Position numbers and translations under genes: made by a program
From: an uncultured Chthonomonadaceae bacterium
Lineage (GTDB): Bacteria > Armatimonadota > Chthonomonadetes > Chthonomonadales > Chthonomonadaceae
DNA length: 64,000 bases
Direction: 5' to 3'
Assembly (NCBI GenBank): GCA_963817895.1
Contig: CAWFQB010000003.1
Span: 1 to 64,000 of the forward strand
Notes under the pieces: generated by a model
Databases searched by the model: none
Told to the model about the DNA's origin: nothing
The model's input: the letters and a program-made list of their open reading frames with translations, nothing else
Part shown: one piece after another, positions 20,192-29,165 of the stretch
Position numbering within the stretch: position 1 is the first letter of the stretch
How the letters are laid out: each line of letters begins with the position of its first letter

Positions 20192-20642
20192 AACCATTCG
20201 CGAGATCGAGCGTCAAGAGATTGTGCGCGCCCGCGAAATCTGGGCGAATACGGAAAACCGACGGCGCGAACAGGAAGCGAAAGAGAAAAAGCGTCCCGAC
20301 TTCGAGCGGGTCACTGTCGAGCAGCGCGCCGAACTGCCCAAATTCCGCCCCGGCGACACGATAAAAGTGTTCGCCAAAGTGGTGGAGGGCGACAAAGAGC
20401 GTATTCAGGTGTTTGAAGGCGTGGTCATTGCCGACAATCACACCAGCGCGCGCAAAAGCTTCACCGTCCGCAAAATTTCGCATACTGTCGGCGTAGAGCG
20501 CACGTTCCTGCTGTACTCGCCGCGCATCGAGAAAATCGAAGTGGTCCGCTTCGGCAAGGTGCGCCGCGCCAAGCTGTACTACCTGCGCGGCAAAATCGGC
20601 AAGCAGGCCCGCATCAAGGAAGATCGCAACGCAAAGAGGTAG
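20175..20642 (+). CDS. rplS: 50S ribosomal protein L19 with N-terminal extension
   Basis: [51 protein letters not shown]. Confidence 0.96.
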   Translation: MALGYETIREIERQEIVRAREIWANTENRRREQEAKEKKRPDFERVTVEQRAELPKFRPGDTIKVFAKVVEGDKERIQVFEGVVIADNHTSARKSFTVRKISHTVGVERTFLLYSPRIEKIEVVRFGKVRRAKLYYLRGKIGKQARIKEDRNAKR

Positions 20643-20771
20643 ATAAGTAGATGGTAGGTAGGTAGACGGTAGAAGAACTCACTATTGTAAGTTTATTCTG
20701 TAGAGTATGCTTTATATAGCAGGAATTTCTACCCATCTACCTACCGCATCTACCTGCCTCTGGAGTTTTCC

Positions 20772-21621
20772 ATGAACCCAACAACGGATACGGGCGCGAC
20801 GGAGTTTCTGGCGAATTTGAGCGTCAGTTCCATTGTTCTGGCGGCGCTGTGCCTGACGATGCTGCGGCTGCTGATTTTACAGGTGGGCGGGGCGATGCGT
20901 CCGCGCATGGTTGGGGCTGCTGCCGGGAACAGCGAGGCCGGACTTATACGGGGGCTTGCGGAAATCCTTGAATCGCTGATTATCGCCGGGGTGCTGGTGT
21001 TTCTGGTGATTCGCCCGTTTTTCGTGCAAGCCTTCTTTATCCCCTCCGAATCGATGGAAAACACCCTGCTCGGCCATGACGCGGGCAACCCCGTAGCCGG
21101 AAACCCCCTTCTGACGCACAAAGAAACGGTTCACGACCATATTTTCGTCAACAAGCTGGTGTACCGTTTCGGGCATCCGAATCGTGGCGACATTGTCGTG
21201 TTTCGCGCCCCGAAAGAGGCGGACGCGGAGCATAAGTTCAGTGGCGCCCAGGTAGAAAACGTGCTGATCAAGCGGCTGATAGGCGTACCCGGCGATACCA
21301 TCTGAGTTCAAGGATGGTCGCGTGTACCGCAACGGCGAACCATTGGATGAGTACCACAACGACGCGAACGGCAATCTACTGCCCGGTTATCCCTACTCCA
21401 TCAAAGAACAGATGGATGAGAACTTGGAACAGCAATTCAACTTTGCCACGCACTGGCGCGGCGGTCCTCTGAAACTTGGGCCGCATCAATACTGGATGAT
21501 GGGCGACAACCGCAACGACAGCAACGACAGCCGCTACTGGGGGCCGCTCGAAGATTGGCGCGTAATCGGCAAAGCCAGCGTGATTTTCTGGCCGCTCAGT
21601 CGGATACGGCTGCTGCATTAG
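20772..21621 (+). CDS. lepB: Signal peptidase I (apparent 1-nt insertion near 21303)
   Basis: FFIPSESMENTL (Ser), RGDIVVF, LIKRLIGVPGD (Lys); GDNRNDSNDSRYWG in the next frame. Confidence 0.92.
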
Positions 21622-21674
21622 GAAGTTGATAGTTATTAGTTGATAGCGATTCTGCCTGAGCGTAGACGTTAGGA

Positions 21675-22343
21675 GTGAATTGGGTGGCTATCAACTATCA
21701 ACTATCAACCCTCAACTTCTGGAACGAAGAGCGACTGGCAAGAGAAGACGGCTACCGTTGCCTTGCCGGGATTGATGAGGCGGGGCGGGGCGCGTTGGCG
21801 GGGCCGGTGGTGGCGGCTTGCGTGGTGTTGCCGTTTGAGCGGGTTCCCGTCGGCGTCAATGACAGCAAGCAGGTTTCCGCCGATATGCGCGAACGTTTAT
21901 ACGAAGAAATCAGGAACGGAGCGCGCGGCGTCGGCATCGGCATTGTGGACGCGCCCACCATTGATCGCATCAATATCCTCCGAGCCTCCCATGAAGCCAT
22001 GCGGCTTGCCCTCGCCGACCTTCCCTCCGGCCTGTTCCCCGATGTCGCTTTGATAGATGGCCTGCCCGTTCGCCCCTTTCCGCTGGATCAGATCGCGCTT
22101 GTGAAAGGCGACAGCCGCAGCGCGTCCATTGCCGCCGCTTCCATCATTGCCAAAGTGACCCGCGACCGCCTGATGCGGGCGTATCATGACCAGTACCCGG
22201 TTTACGGCTTTTCGGGACACAAAGGCTATCCCGCCCCCATCCACCTTCGCGCTTTGCAGACAAACGGAATTTGCCCCCTGCATCGCCGCACGTACCGCCC
22301 CGTTGCCGAAGTATGCGGTCAGCCCACAAACCCCGGCGCATAA
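21675..22343 (+). CDS. rnhB: Ribonuclease HII
   Basis: AGIDEAGRGALAGPVVAA, NDSKQ, IDRINIL, LIDG, KGDSRSASIAAASIIAKVTRD, HKGY, HRRTY. Confidence 0.96.
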   Translation: MNWVAINYQLSTLNFWNEERLAREDGYRCLAGIDEAGRGALAGPVVAACVVLPFERVPVGVNDSKQVSADMRERLYEEIRNGARGVGIGIVDAPTIDRINILRASHEAMRLALADLPSGLFPDVALIDGLPVRPFPLDQIALVKGDSRSASIAAASIIAKVTRDRLMRAYHDQYPVYGFSGHKGYPAPIHLRALQTNGICPLHRRTYRPVAEVCGQPTNPGA

Positions 22344-22379
22344 ATTCCTTTCAATGTGAATTGTGGAGCTATAACGCCC

Positions 22380-22769
22380 ATGCCGGAAAGCAATCGCAAA
22401 CAGTTGGGAACACGGGGTGAACAGCTTGTGGCGCGGCATCTGGAACGGCTTGGCTGGCGCGTCCTGCAAACCAATTTTCGCTGTCGGCAGGGCGAGATAG
22501 ACGTAGTTGCGGAAGAACCGGGGCAGGATGGCAAAACGCTGGTATTCATCGAAGTGAAAACTCGGCACGGCAAAGCGCATGGAGCGCCCATAGAGGCCGT
22601 AGACCCGCGCAAACAGCGCCGACTGTGGAATGTGGCGCAAGCCTATCTGGGAACGCTGGACGCGGGCGGGGAGGAACCGGCCTGCCGCTTCGACATTGCC
22701 GAAGTCGTAATAGACGCCAACGAATTCGCAAGCATTGCTCTGCGCCGCGCCTGTCTGATCGAAGAATAG
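22380..22769 (+). CDS. yraN: YraN (UPF0102) family protein
   Basis: LGTRGEQLVARHL..NFRCRQGEIDVVA..LVFIEVKTR..EAVDPRKQ..RFD; follows rnhB. Confidence 0.92.
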   Translation: MPESNRKQLGTRGEQLVARHLERLGWRVLQTNFRCRQGEIDVVAEEPGQDGKTLVFIEVKTRHGKAHGAPIEAVDPRKQRRLWNVAQAYLGTLDAGGEEPACRFDIAEVVIDANEFASIALRRACLIEE

Positions 22770-22800
22770 TTCTACTTTAGCATAACATCATAAATGAAAG

Positions 22801-22832
22801 AACCGCTCCACAGAAAAATGTGTGGAGCGGTT
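22801..22832. terminator. Hairpin between convergent transcription units
   Basis: aaccgctccaca / tgtggagcggtt. Confidence 0.65.
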
Positions 22833-22911
22833 CGCGTTTGCACATGCGGGTATGAATAAATAAGTTCAGGGTTGTTCGTTCACAGAATGGAAAATGAAAA
22901 TGTGAACGCCG

Positions 22912-23088
22912 TTAAGCATGTGCCTCGCTGTCGTTGCCGTTTCGCTTGCTGACATTCATGTTCACACGCGGGGCATTGCGATCTGCGTATTGCGTTTGCA
23001 CCTGTTCGGCGGCGCGCGCCGGAACCGTGACAAACAATTGTTGTCCGCTGCGTGGGAACACCAGCCCGACCTGGGTGGTTTGTTCCAA
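22912..23088 (-). CDS. Small hypothetical protein (58 aa), absent from the ORF track
   Basis: GGAAAGGAG RBS, TTG start, MEQTTQVGLVFPRSGQQLFVTVPARAAEQVQ...EAHA-TAA, hairpin downstream. Confidence 0.5.
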   Translation of the reverse strand: MEQTTQVGLVFPRSGQQLFVTVPARAAEQVQTQYADRNAPRVNMNVSKRNGNDSEAHA

Positions 23089-23326
23089 ATAGCTTCTCCT
23101 TTCCTATTTGTTGTTTTTCAGAACCGCAGAGGATCTTCCCTCCACTTCTCTCTCATTGTATCACAGGTTATTAAAATATGCCAGAGAAATTTTTGAGGAG
23201 GTAGATAGGTAGATGAGTAGATGGGTAGATAGGCATACCGTTTGCTTACAGGCTTGCGCGTTGTGGCAGAGGTATCAGATACGGATGCTGCCATCTACCT
23301 ATCTACTCATCTACCTATCTACCTCC

Positions 23327-23854
23327 TTAAAGATTTCCATAATCGGTCACGGAGCGCTGGCGGGGGTTGACATGGATGCCGGTGGTGTGCAGGTAGGCGA
23401 TGGCGCGTTGTATCTCGCCCAATGGCCCGGAAATGGCGATTTCCACATACCCGCCCTCTTCATCGTCGAAGCCCGCTTGTTCCAGCGTATACACGACATC
23501 GAAGTCTTTGCCCAACCGGTAGAGGATGGGAACATTGTATTGCGCCGGAAGGACGGGGTTCAGGCGCACATAAATGGTGTTGGCGCGCGAAACCGTATCT
23601 TCGGGTTCGCGGACTCGGGCGGGAACAAGAGCGTTGTCCGTGTGTTCCATGACACCGAGCGAACGCAGATAGCCCGTCGCCTGCTCCACTTCCTGCGTAG
23701 AGCCTTCCACATCCAGCGCGACAAAGGCGAAATCGGACGAGACGCGCGCGCGGCGCACATTGGTGACAACATTGAACTTTCGGCCCAACCGCCAGATCAG
23801 CGGCAGCCGCGCCATTTCATTCTTCGCATTGACATTTACAGTAACTACAGGCAT
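23327..23854 (-). CDS. Tandem NIL-domain protein
   Basis: Two repeats: PLIWRLGRKFNVVTNVRRA..LDVEGS..EVEQATGYLRSLGV and PILYRLGKDFDVVYTLEQA..IAISGP..EIQRAIAYLHTTGI. Confidence 0.85.
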   Translation of the reverse strand: MPVVTVNVNAKNEMARLPLIWRLGRKFNVVTNVRRARVSSDFAFVALDVEGSTQEVEQATGYLRSLGVMEHTDNALVPARVREPEDTVSRANTIYVRLNPVLPAQYNVPILYRLGKDFDVVYTLEQAGFDDEEGGYVEIAISGPLGEIQRAIAYLHTTGIHVNPRQRSVTDYGNL

Positions 23855-23943
23855 GGCACATCATCCTCAGGGAAAAGGGAAAAGGGAAAAGAAGAGAAGA
23901 TACGAGATACGAGAAGAAGAGGCATTTCATCCTTCATCCTTTT

Positions 23944-24219
23944 CTAGCCGCCGGCAATGGCGGGCACTATGGACACTTCATCGCCATCTTTGGTCGTCGT
24001 TTCCACGCCGTCCGCGAACCGGATGTCTTCGCCGTTCAGATAGATGTTGACGAATTTGCGCAGTTCGCCCTTATCGTCCAGCAGGGGCTTGACGATGCCG
24101 GGAAAGCGCTGCGACAATTCCGCCACAATGCCGCCGATATTACCGGGCGCAACCGCAATGGTATCTTCATTCTCCGTAAACTTCCGCAGGGGAGTCGGGA
24201 TCAATACATTAACAGGCAT
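23944..24219 (-). CDS. MoaD/ThiS (CysO-like) sulfur carrier protein
   Basis: VLIPTPLRKFT..FPGI..LRKFVNIYLNGEDIRF..DGDEVSIVPAIAGG with C-terminal GG; AAGGAG RBS. Confidence 0.95.
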   Translation of the reverse strand: MPVNVLIPTPLRKFTENEDTIAVAPGNIGGIVAELSQRFPGIVKPLLDDKGELRKFVNIYLNGEDIRFADGVETTTKDGDEVSIVPAIAGG

Positions 24220-24322
24220 AAGGGTTCTCCTTTGAAGTGAGAGTGGAGAGTACCAAGTGGAGAGTGGAGAGTGAAGAGTGAGAGTACGCAAGCATTTCTC
24301 TCACTCTCAACTCTCACTTCTT

Positions 24323-25576
24323 CTATCCTACTCCCGCCAGCAGTTTCTCGGTTTTCAGGGCGGCTTCCAGCGAGGCGAGGCTGGGGGAGATGCCGACCGT
24401 TTGCCCCAACTCCCCGACAACCACTTCCTGCGTTTTCAGGCCGTTGCCGGTGATGGCGATAACCACGATGTCGTCTTTGCCGAAACGCCCCTGCTCGGCC
24501 AATTTTTTGGTGACCGATGTGGTCACGCCGCCCGCCGTTTCGGTGAAAATCCCTTCGGTGCGCCCCAGTAAGCGGATGCCGTCAATCACTTCCTCGTCCG
24601 TCACATCTTCGGCCCATCCGCCGGATTTGCGCACGGTTTCCATTGCGATATACCCGTCAGCGGGGTTGCCGATGGCGATGGATTTAGCGATGGTATTGGG
24701 CTTTTGCGGGCGGAACACTTCGGCTCCGGTCTTGATGGCCGTTGTAATGGGCGAGCAGCCTTTGGCCTGCGCCGCGTACATGCGGGTGGGAACGCCGCCG
24801 TCAATCAATTTCAAGCGGTCGAATTCGTTCAGACCTTTGTAGATTTTGGAGATCAGCGAACCGCCCGCGCACGGCACAACCACATGGTCGGGCGCGCGCC
24901 AGCCAAGCTGTTCCGCGATTTCGTAGCCGAACGATTTAGAGCCGTCGCCGTAGAACGGGCGCAGGTTGATGTTGACGAACGCCCAACCGTACTTGTCGCC
25001 CGCTTCGGCGCACAGGCGGTTTACTTCGTCATAGTTGCCGGATACGGACAGCACATTGGCCCCGTATACCAGCGTCCCCAAAACCTTGCCCTGTTCCAGA
25101 TCGGACGGGATAAAGATGTAGGACTTGAAGCCACCCTCGGCGGAGTGGGCGGCAACGCTGTTGGCGAGATTGCCCGTGCTTGCGCAGGCCACTGTATCAT
25201 AGCCGAATTCGCGCGCTTTGGTCAGGGCGAGAGCGACAACGCGATCCTTGAACGACAGCGTGGGATGGTTGACGGCATCGTTTTTGATGTACAGGTTGTT
25301 CAGCCCAAGTTCGCGGCCCAGATTGCTGGCATGAATCAGCGGCGTCCAGCCGACGTTCTTGCCGACAGTGGGCGGCCCCTCGACGGGCAGCAGGGCATGG
25401 TAGCGCCACATGGAGGCCGGACCGGCCTCAATCGAAGCGCGGGTCACATGCCCCTCGATGAGTTCCCAGTTGAGCATCACCTCCAGTGGCCCGAAACACA
25501 ATTCACACACATGTATGGGCGCGAGCGGATACTCTTCCCCACACTCCCGACACCTCATTCCCAATGTTTTCGCCAT
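24323..25576 (-). CDS. Threonine-synthase-like fold-type II PLP enzyme; by context possibly an O-phosphohomoserine sulfhydrylase
   Basis: N-terminal CxxC..CxxC, NHPTLSFKDR (PLP Lys), CASTGNLANS, YDEVNRLC, KSFGYEIAEQLGW, IAIGNPADG, ETAGG, ITGNGLK. Confidence 0.9.
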   Translation of the reverse strand: MAKTLGMRCRECGEEYPLAPIHVCELCFGPLEVMLNWELIEGHVTRASIEAGPASMWRYHALLPVEGPPTVGKNVGWTPLIHASNLGRELGLNNLYIKNDAVNHPTLSFKDRVVALALTKAREFGYDTVACASTGNLANSVAAHSAEGGFKSYIFIPSDLEQGKVLGTLVYGANVLSVSGNYDEVNRLCAEAGDKYGWAFVNINLRPFYGDGSKSFGYEIAEQLGWRAPDHVVVPCAGGSLISKIYKGLNEFDRLKLIDGGVPTRMYAAQAKGCSPITTAIKTGAEVFRPQKPNTIAKSIAIGNPADGYIAMETVRKSGGWAEDVTDEEVIDGIRLLGRTEGIFTETAGGVTTSVTKKLAEQGRFGKDDIVVIAITGNGLKTQEVVVGELGQTVGISPSLASLEAALKTEKLLAGVG

Positions 25577-25672
25577 AATATCTCCCCTGCGAATTGCCGA
25601 TTTTCATTTGCTGGTTGACGATTGGCCGCAGGTTTGAAGTCCTCGAAAATCGAAAATCGAAAATCGAAAATC

Positions 25673-26095
25673 AAAAAGCCTCTCGTCAGCCGTGCATAAA
25701 TAATGCACAGGACGAGAGGCTGTCGCCTTCGTGGTTCCACCTGTTTTCGCCGCGCCCTCGCAGACGCAGCCTCAGCGAGCGCGGAAATTGCCGATTTTCG
25801 ATTGCTGATTGCCGATTAGTTCACAGTGAAACTAATCGGCAATCGAAAATCGAAAATCGAAAATCGTCAGGCTCTAACCCTGTAACGGGAGCCCCCCGGC
25901 GGGACTTACTGAGGAGAAAGGAGAAAGGAGAAAGGAGAAAGCAACGGCGATGCTACTTTTCCCTTTTCCCTTTTCCCTTTTCCCTTTCTGTGCCGCAGCT
26001 CAAAGGCCATTTCAGCAGGTTCGCTTATACCGGCTCACACCAACCCGGCTCGCTGTGATCGCGCCGCCCGCGTACTCCACCTTCTCAATGCTTTT
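25673..26095 (-). promoter_or_regulatory. Transcriptional T-box riboswitch, predicted Met (AUG) specifier
   Basis: Stem I: GCAUUGAGAAGGUGGAGUA..AGCGAG..GGUGUGAG..GAA AUG G CCUUUGAGC (AUG at 26008-26010). Stem II GAA/AGUA S-turn; CCCGUUA box. Antiterminator ACAGG-UGGAACC-ACGA..UCGU-CCUGU; terminator AGCCUCUCGUC/GACGAGAGGCU-UUUU. Confidence 0.92.
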
Positions 26096-26143
26096 GGAAT
26101 CGTTTCTTCCCAATCGGGAAGGTAAATTTTTCAAAGTTTGACC

Positions 26144-26173
26144 ATTATACTCAGCATTGAAAGGCTTTGTCAA
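26144..26173 (-). promoter_or_regulatory. Consensus sigma70 promoter driving the T-box leader
   Basis: TTGACA-N18-TATAAT on the minus strand, about 50 nt upstream of Stem I. Confidence 0.8.
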
Positions 26174-26189
26174 GCGGCAATCAGCAGAT

Positions 26190-26919
26190 TTAAGAGATAT
26201 AGGAAACAATCTGAATGCCGTTGCGCTCCATGCTGTACAGGAAAACGGCGTTCATCAGGTCGGCGGGATGCGCGGGAATGTCTTCGGCCTGCGCGATTTC
26301 TACAGGAATGTCGTAGGTGTCCACGCAGTTGACAGGCACAATTACGGGATGCAGTTTGTCGGCGGCGTTGGCGCGTAGTTTCAGGTGCATTGCCAATTGG
26401 TACGTGCAAATATCCGTGCAGTCGCCGACCACAATGCGGTGCGTAATGCCGGGATGCGCGTCCAGCCAGGCGTCGAGGGTTGTGCCTTCGCTGGAGGAGA
26501 TGGTATTTTTGGCAACTAGATGGAATTTGGAAGCGAACGGAAGCCGCCATCAGTTCCGGCACGATTTCGGACTCGCTTGTTCCCCGGATGCAGTGCGGCG
26601 GATAGTCCACGAATTCAACGGCGGCGGGGTTGTGCGCGTCATGCGTCAGCACAAAATGCTCCACCCCGGAAGCGTACAGGCTCTCGAACAGTTCCACAAT
26701 CGGCGGCACGACGCCCGCCACGCGGCTGCTTGCCAGCGGCCCCTCGTAGCAGAAGCCGTTAATAACATCCACGCAGAACACGCCGACATGCTGAGGCCCA
26801 CCCGCCTCCTGTATCAGGCTTTCCAGCGGCAGCGGCAGCAAATCATCCAGCCATTCATCCAGATACTCTATAAACGCGCCTGCCCGCGTACTCAGGGGCG
26901 CGATGTCCATCAGCGTCAT
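26190..26919 (-). CDS. Isochorismatase/nicotinamidase-like cysteine hydrolase (frameshift near 26510-26540)
   Basis: CVDVINGFC.EGPL, DAH..EF..YPPHCIRGTSE; second frame VGDCTDICTYQLA. Confidence 0.85.
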
Positions 26920-26965
26920 ACGTCGTCCTCATAATTGAAAAGTTGGGGTTGAAAATCCGCGCTTG

Positions 26966-27978
26966 TCACTGCGTCATTAAATTATTGCCCATGCGCAACT
27001 TCACGCTTACTTTTTGTGAGGCAGGCGGCGTGGGCGTTTTCGATGCGACCGGTTTGCCGGGTTTGGCCTTGCCGGGTTTGGGAGCGGCGTTACCCGGCAC
27101 GTTTACCATTACGGTAATGTCGCCGTCACCCGTCGATCGAACCACTTTGCCCTCCAGCAGGGCGAGATTGCTGTCGTAGTTCATGGTCATCAGCCCCTTC
27201 ATGGCAACCGGGGGCTTCACGCTGGCATCATTGAGAACAAAAGGGACGCTCATGGTGGAGTGCAGCCGGGCGGTATTGAATGTGCCAACCGGCTCTATTC
27301 GCACCAGTTTGGTCTGCACAGTCCCCACGCTGCCCTTGCCCAACCCGGCGACATTGATTTTCTGCGTCCATTTGTCGCCGATACGGACGGGCTGTTTGGG
27401 CAGGTACACGCCCTGCGTACTGAGCGCGCCGGACTGAAAAATTTTGCTTGTCGGGTCTATGCCGCTGGAAGCTTTGGGCAGGTCTTTGGCCGCAACAATG
27501 TTGTTATGCGTATCGAACGTGATGATGGAGGGCTTGCCGGAAATATCGGGCTTAAACGGTTGCCGATTGACAACGCCCTCGCCGCTCAAAGTGGTAATCG
27601 CCACATCCGCGCTGCCATCGGGCCGAACCTTGATTACTTTCTGCTGAATCACCATGTTCAGACTGCTGTTGTACTGGCTGGCCGCGCCCTGCGCCATTCC
27701 CGGCAACAGCATATCCGCCTGCATGGTCATCTGATACCGGCTCAAATCGTTGGGCTTGAACTTCATGCGCAGTTCAATCGGGCGCGTTCCGGGCGCAGCA
27801 GGCAGCGTTTGCAACGGCTTTGCCAATGCGCTCCCGGATATACTCGGTTTTTCCGGGTCGCGGGCGGGGCGGGCTGTTTCTGCTGACCGAAAGCCAACGC
27901 GCCGCCCAGAGGCAACACCATCCCGACGGCAAGAACAACGCGCAGCAAACGTTGGGAGTGAAAACGTAGTTGTTTCAT
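26966..27978 (-). CDS. Secreted beta-rich hypothetical protein, paralog 3 (DUF6263-like), frameshifted near the N-terminus
   Basis: Signal peptide in ORF 27763..27978; body in 26966..27826 with LRMKFKPN..Y and LPKQPVRIGDKWT. Confidence 0.65.
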
Positions 27979-28020
27979 GGTAGTGTCAAACTCAAGATAA
28001 AACGTTGTTCAAACAAACGC

Positions 28021-28111
28021 CTGTAGGGACACAACATGTTGTGTCCGAAACGGCCTTGTGTCCCAAACACGATGGTTGGGCAGGAGGACACAACATGTTG
28101 TGTCCCTACGG
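28021..28111. repeat. REPIN-like inverted pair of GTAG-type REP palindromes; second copy at about 36443-36531
   Basis: gtagggacacaacatgttgtgtcc ... ggacacaacatgttgtgtccctac. Confidence 0.85.
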
Positions 28112-28114
28112 GCA

Positions 28115-29161
28115 TCATCTGGGAACGGAATCGGATTTGGCGGCAGTGGTTTCGGGCGCGTTATCGTCAATTCGCACGGCTACCAGTTGGCCGGCGATGG
28201 TCATGGTGTCGCCAGGCAGTTGGCGAAGTAATGCGCCCTCGAACTTGATTGTGCCGGAAATTGACCCCTCGGAACGTACCAGCAGGCCGCTTTCCGGCAG
28301 GGCGTTGAGCAGTTGGGTGAACGTCATCTGCATCATCATGCGGCCCTGCGCGCCCCTTGCGCCCGCAGGCTTGCCCTGCGCGTCGGTATACGCGACATAG
28401 GGGACGGTCAACACCTGCTTGATCTTGATGGTGTTGACGTCGCCGATTTTCTCGCTCCCCAACAGCGTCAGCGTGGCGCTCACGTCCTCGCCTTCGTCGC
28501 CTGCTTCCCCTTTCAGCGTTTTTCCGGGCGAAGCGTAGCGGGCGGTCCAGCTTTCCCCGACGCGAACGGGCTTGTCCGGCAGGGGCAGAATGTGCAGCGG
28601 CACGAACAGATTGGACTGCGTGAACAGCGCGTCCAGTCCGCCCGATTTACTTTTCGCCGTTTGATCTTTGAACGCCGTGATATGGCTTTGCCGATCCAGC
28701 GTGAGCAGCCGACCCGCGCTTTCCATTTCTTTTGGAATGTCGTGAAACGCGCTGCTCGCGTCCAGCATCCGCCCGCCCTCGGACGTCACCGTGACCTGTG
28801 AAACGCCGTCCGGTTTGGTTTCGCGCACTTTATAGCGCATCACAAGGCTCATGCTCATGGTAGACGCGAAACTGGACACGGCCCCATTCGCGCCGGGGAT
28901 GCGCAGGGTCATGCTCGACTGTGTAGCGTAGCGTTTAGCCTGTCCCTTGTCGAAGGCGGCGGTAGGCGCGAAGGTCACGCCCTCCGTTACAAGGGGCGCG
29001 ATCTGAAGCGGCGATTGGGCCGGTTGCGAGGGCGTTTGCGTTCCGGCAGACGGCGTTTGCGTCCGGTTTTGCGCCCCCGCCATCGCGGATATAATCAAAA
29101 TGCCGCCCAGAGCAGCCGTTCGCAGCAGGTGTTCAGGGACGAATTTCCTTGCTTTCATCAT
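28115..29161 (-). CDS. Secreted beta-rich hypothetical protein, paralog 2
   Basis: Signal peptide, P/Q/T linker, FDKGQAKRY, LPDKPVRVGESWT. Confidence 0.75.
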   Translation of the reverse strand: MMKARKFVPEHLLRTAALGGILIISAMAGAQNRTQTPSAGTQTPSQPAQSPLQIAPLVTEGVTFAPTAAFDKGQAKRYATQSSMTLRIPGANGAVSSFASTMSMSLVMRYKVRETKPDGVSQVTVTSEGGRMLDASSAFHDIPKEMESAGRLLTLDRQSHITAFKDQTAKSKSGGLDALFTQSNLFVPLHILPLPDKPVRVGESWTARYASPGKTLKGEAGDEGEDVSATLTLLGSEKIGDVNTIKIKQVLTVPYVAYTDAQGKPAGARGAQGRMMMQMTFTQLLNALPESGLLVRSEGSISGTIKFEGALLRQLPGDTMTIAGQLVAVRIDDNAPETTAAKSDSVPR

Positions 29162-29165
29162 AGTC

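Noticed and set aside
21303..21305. TGA in lepB as possible Sec or readthrough
   Set aside because: Homologous sequence continues in a different frame (an extra T), and the position is not a Cys site.
28021..28111. Palindromic repeats as a mini CRISPR array
   Set aside because: Only two units in inverted arrangement with GTAG ends, and no cas genes; this fits a REP doublet.
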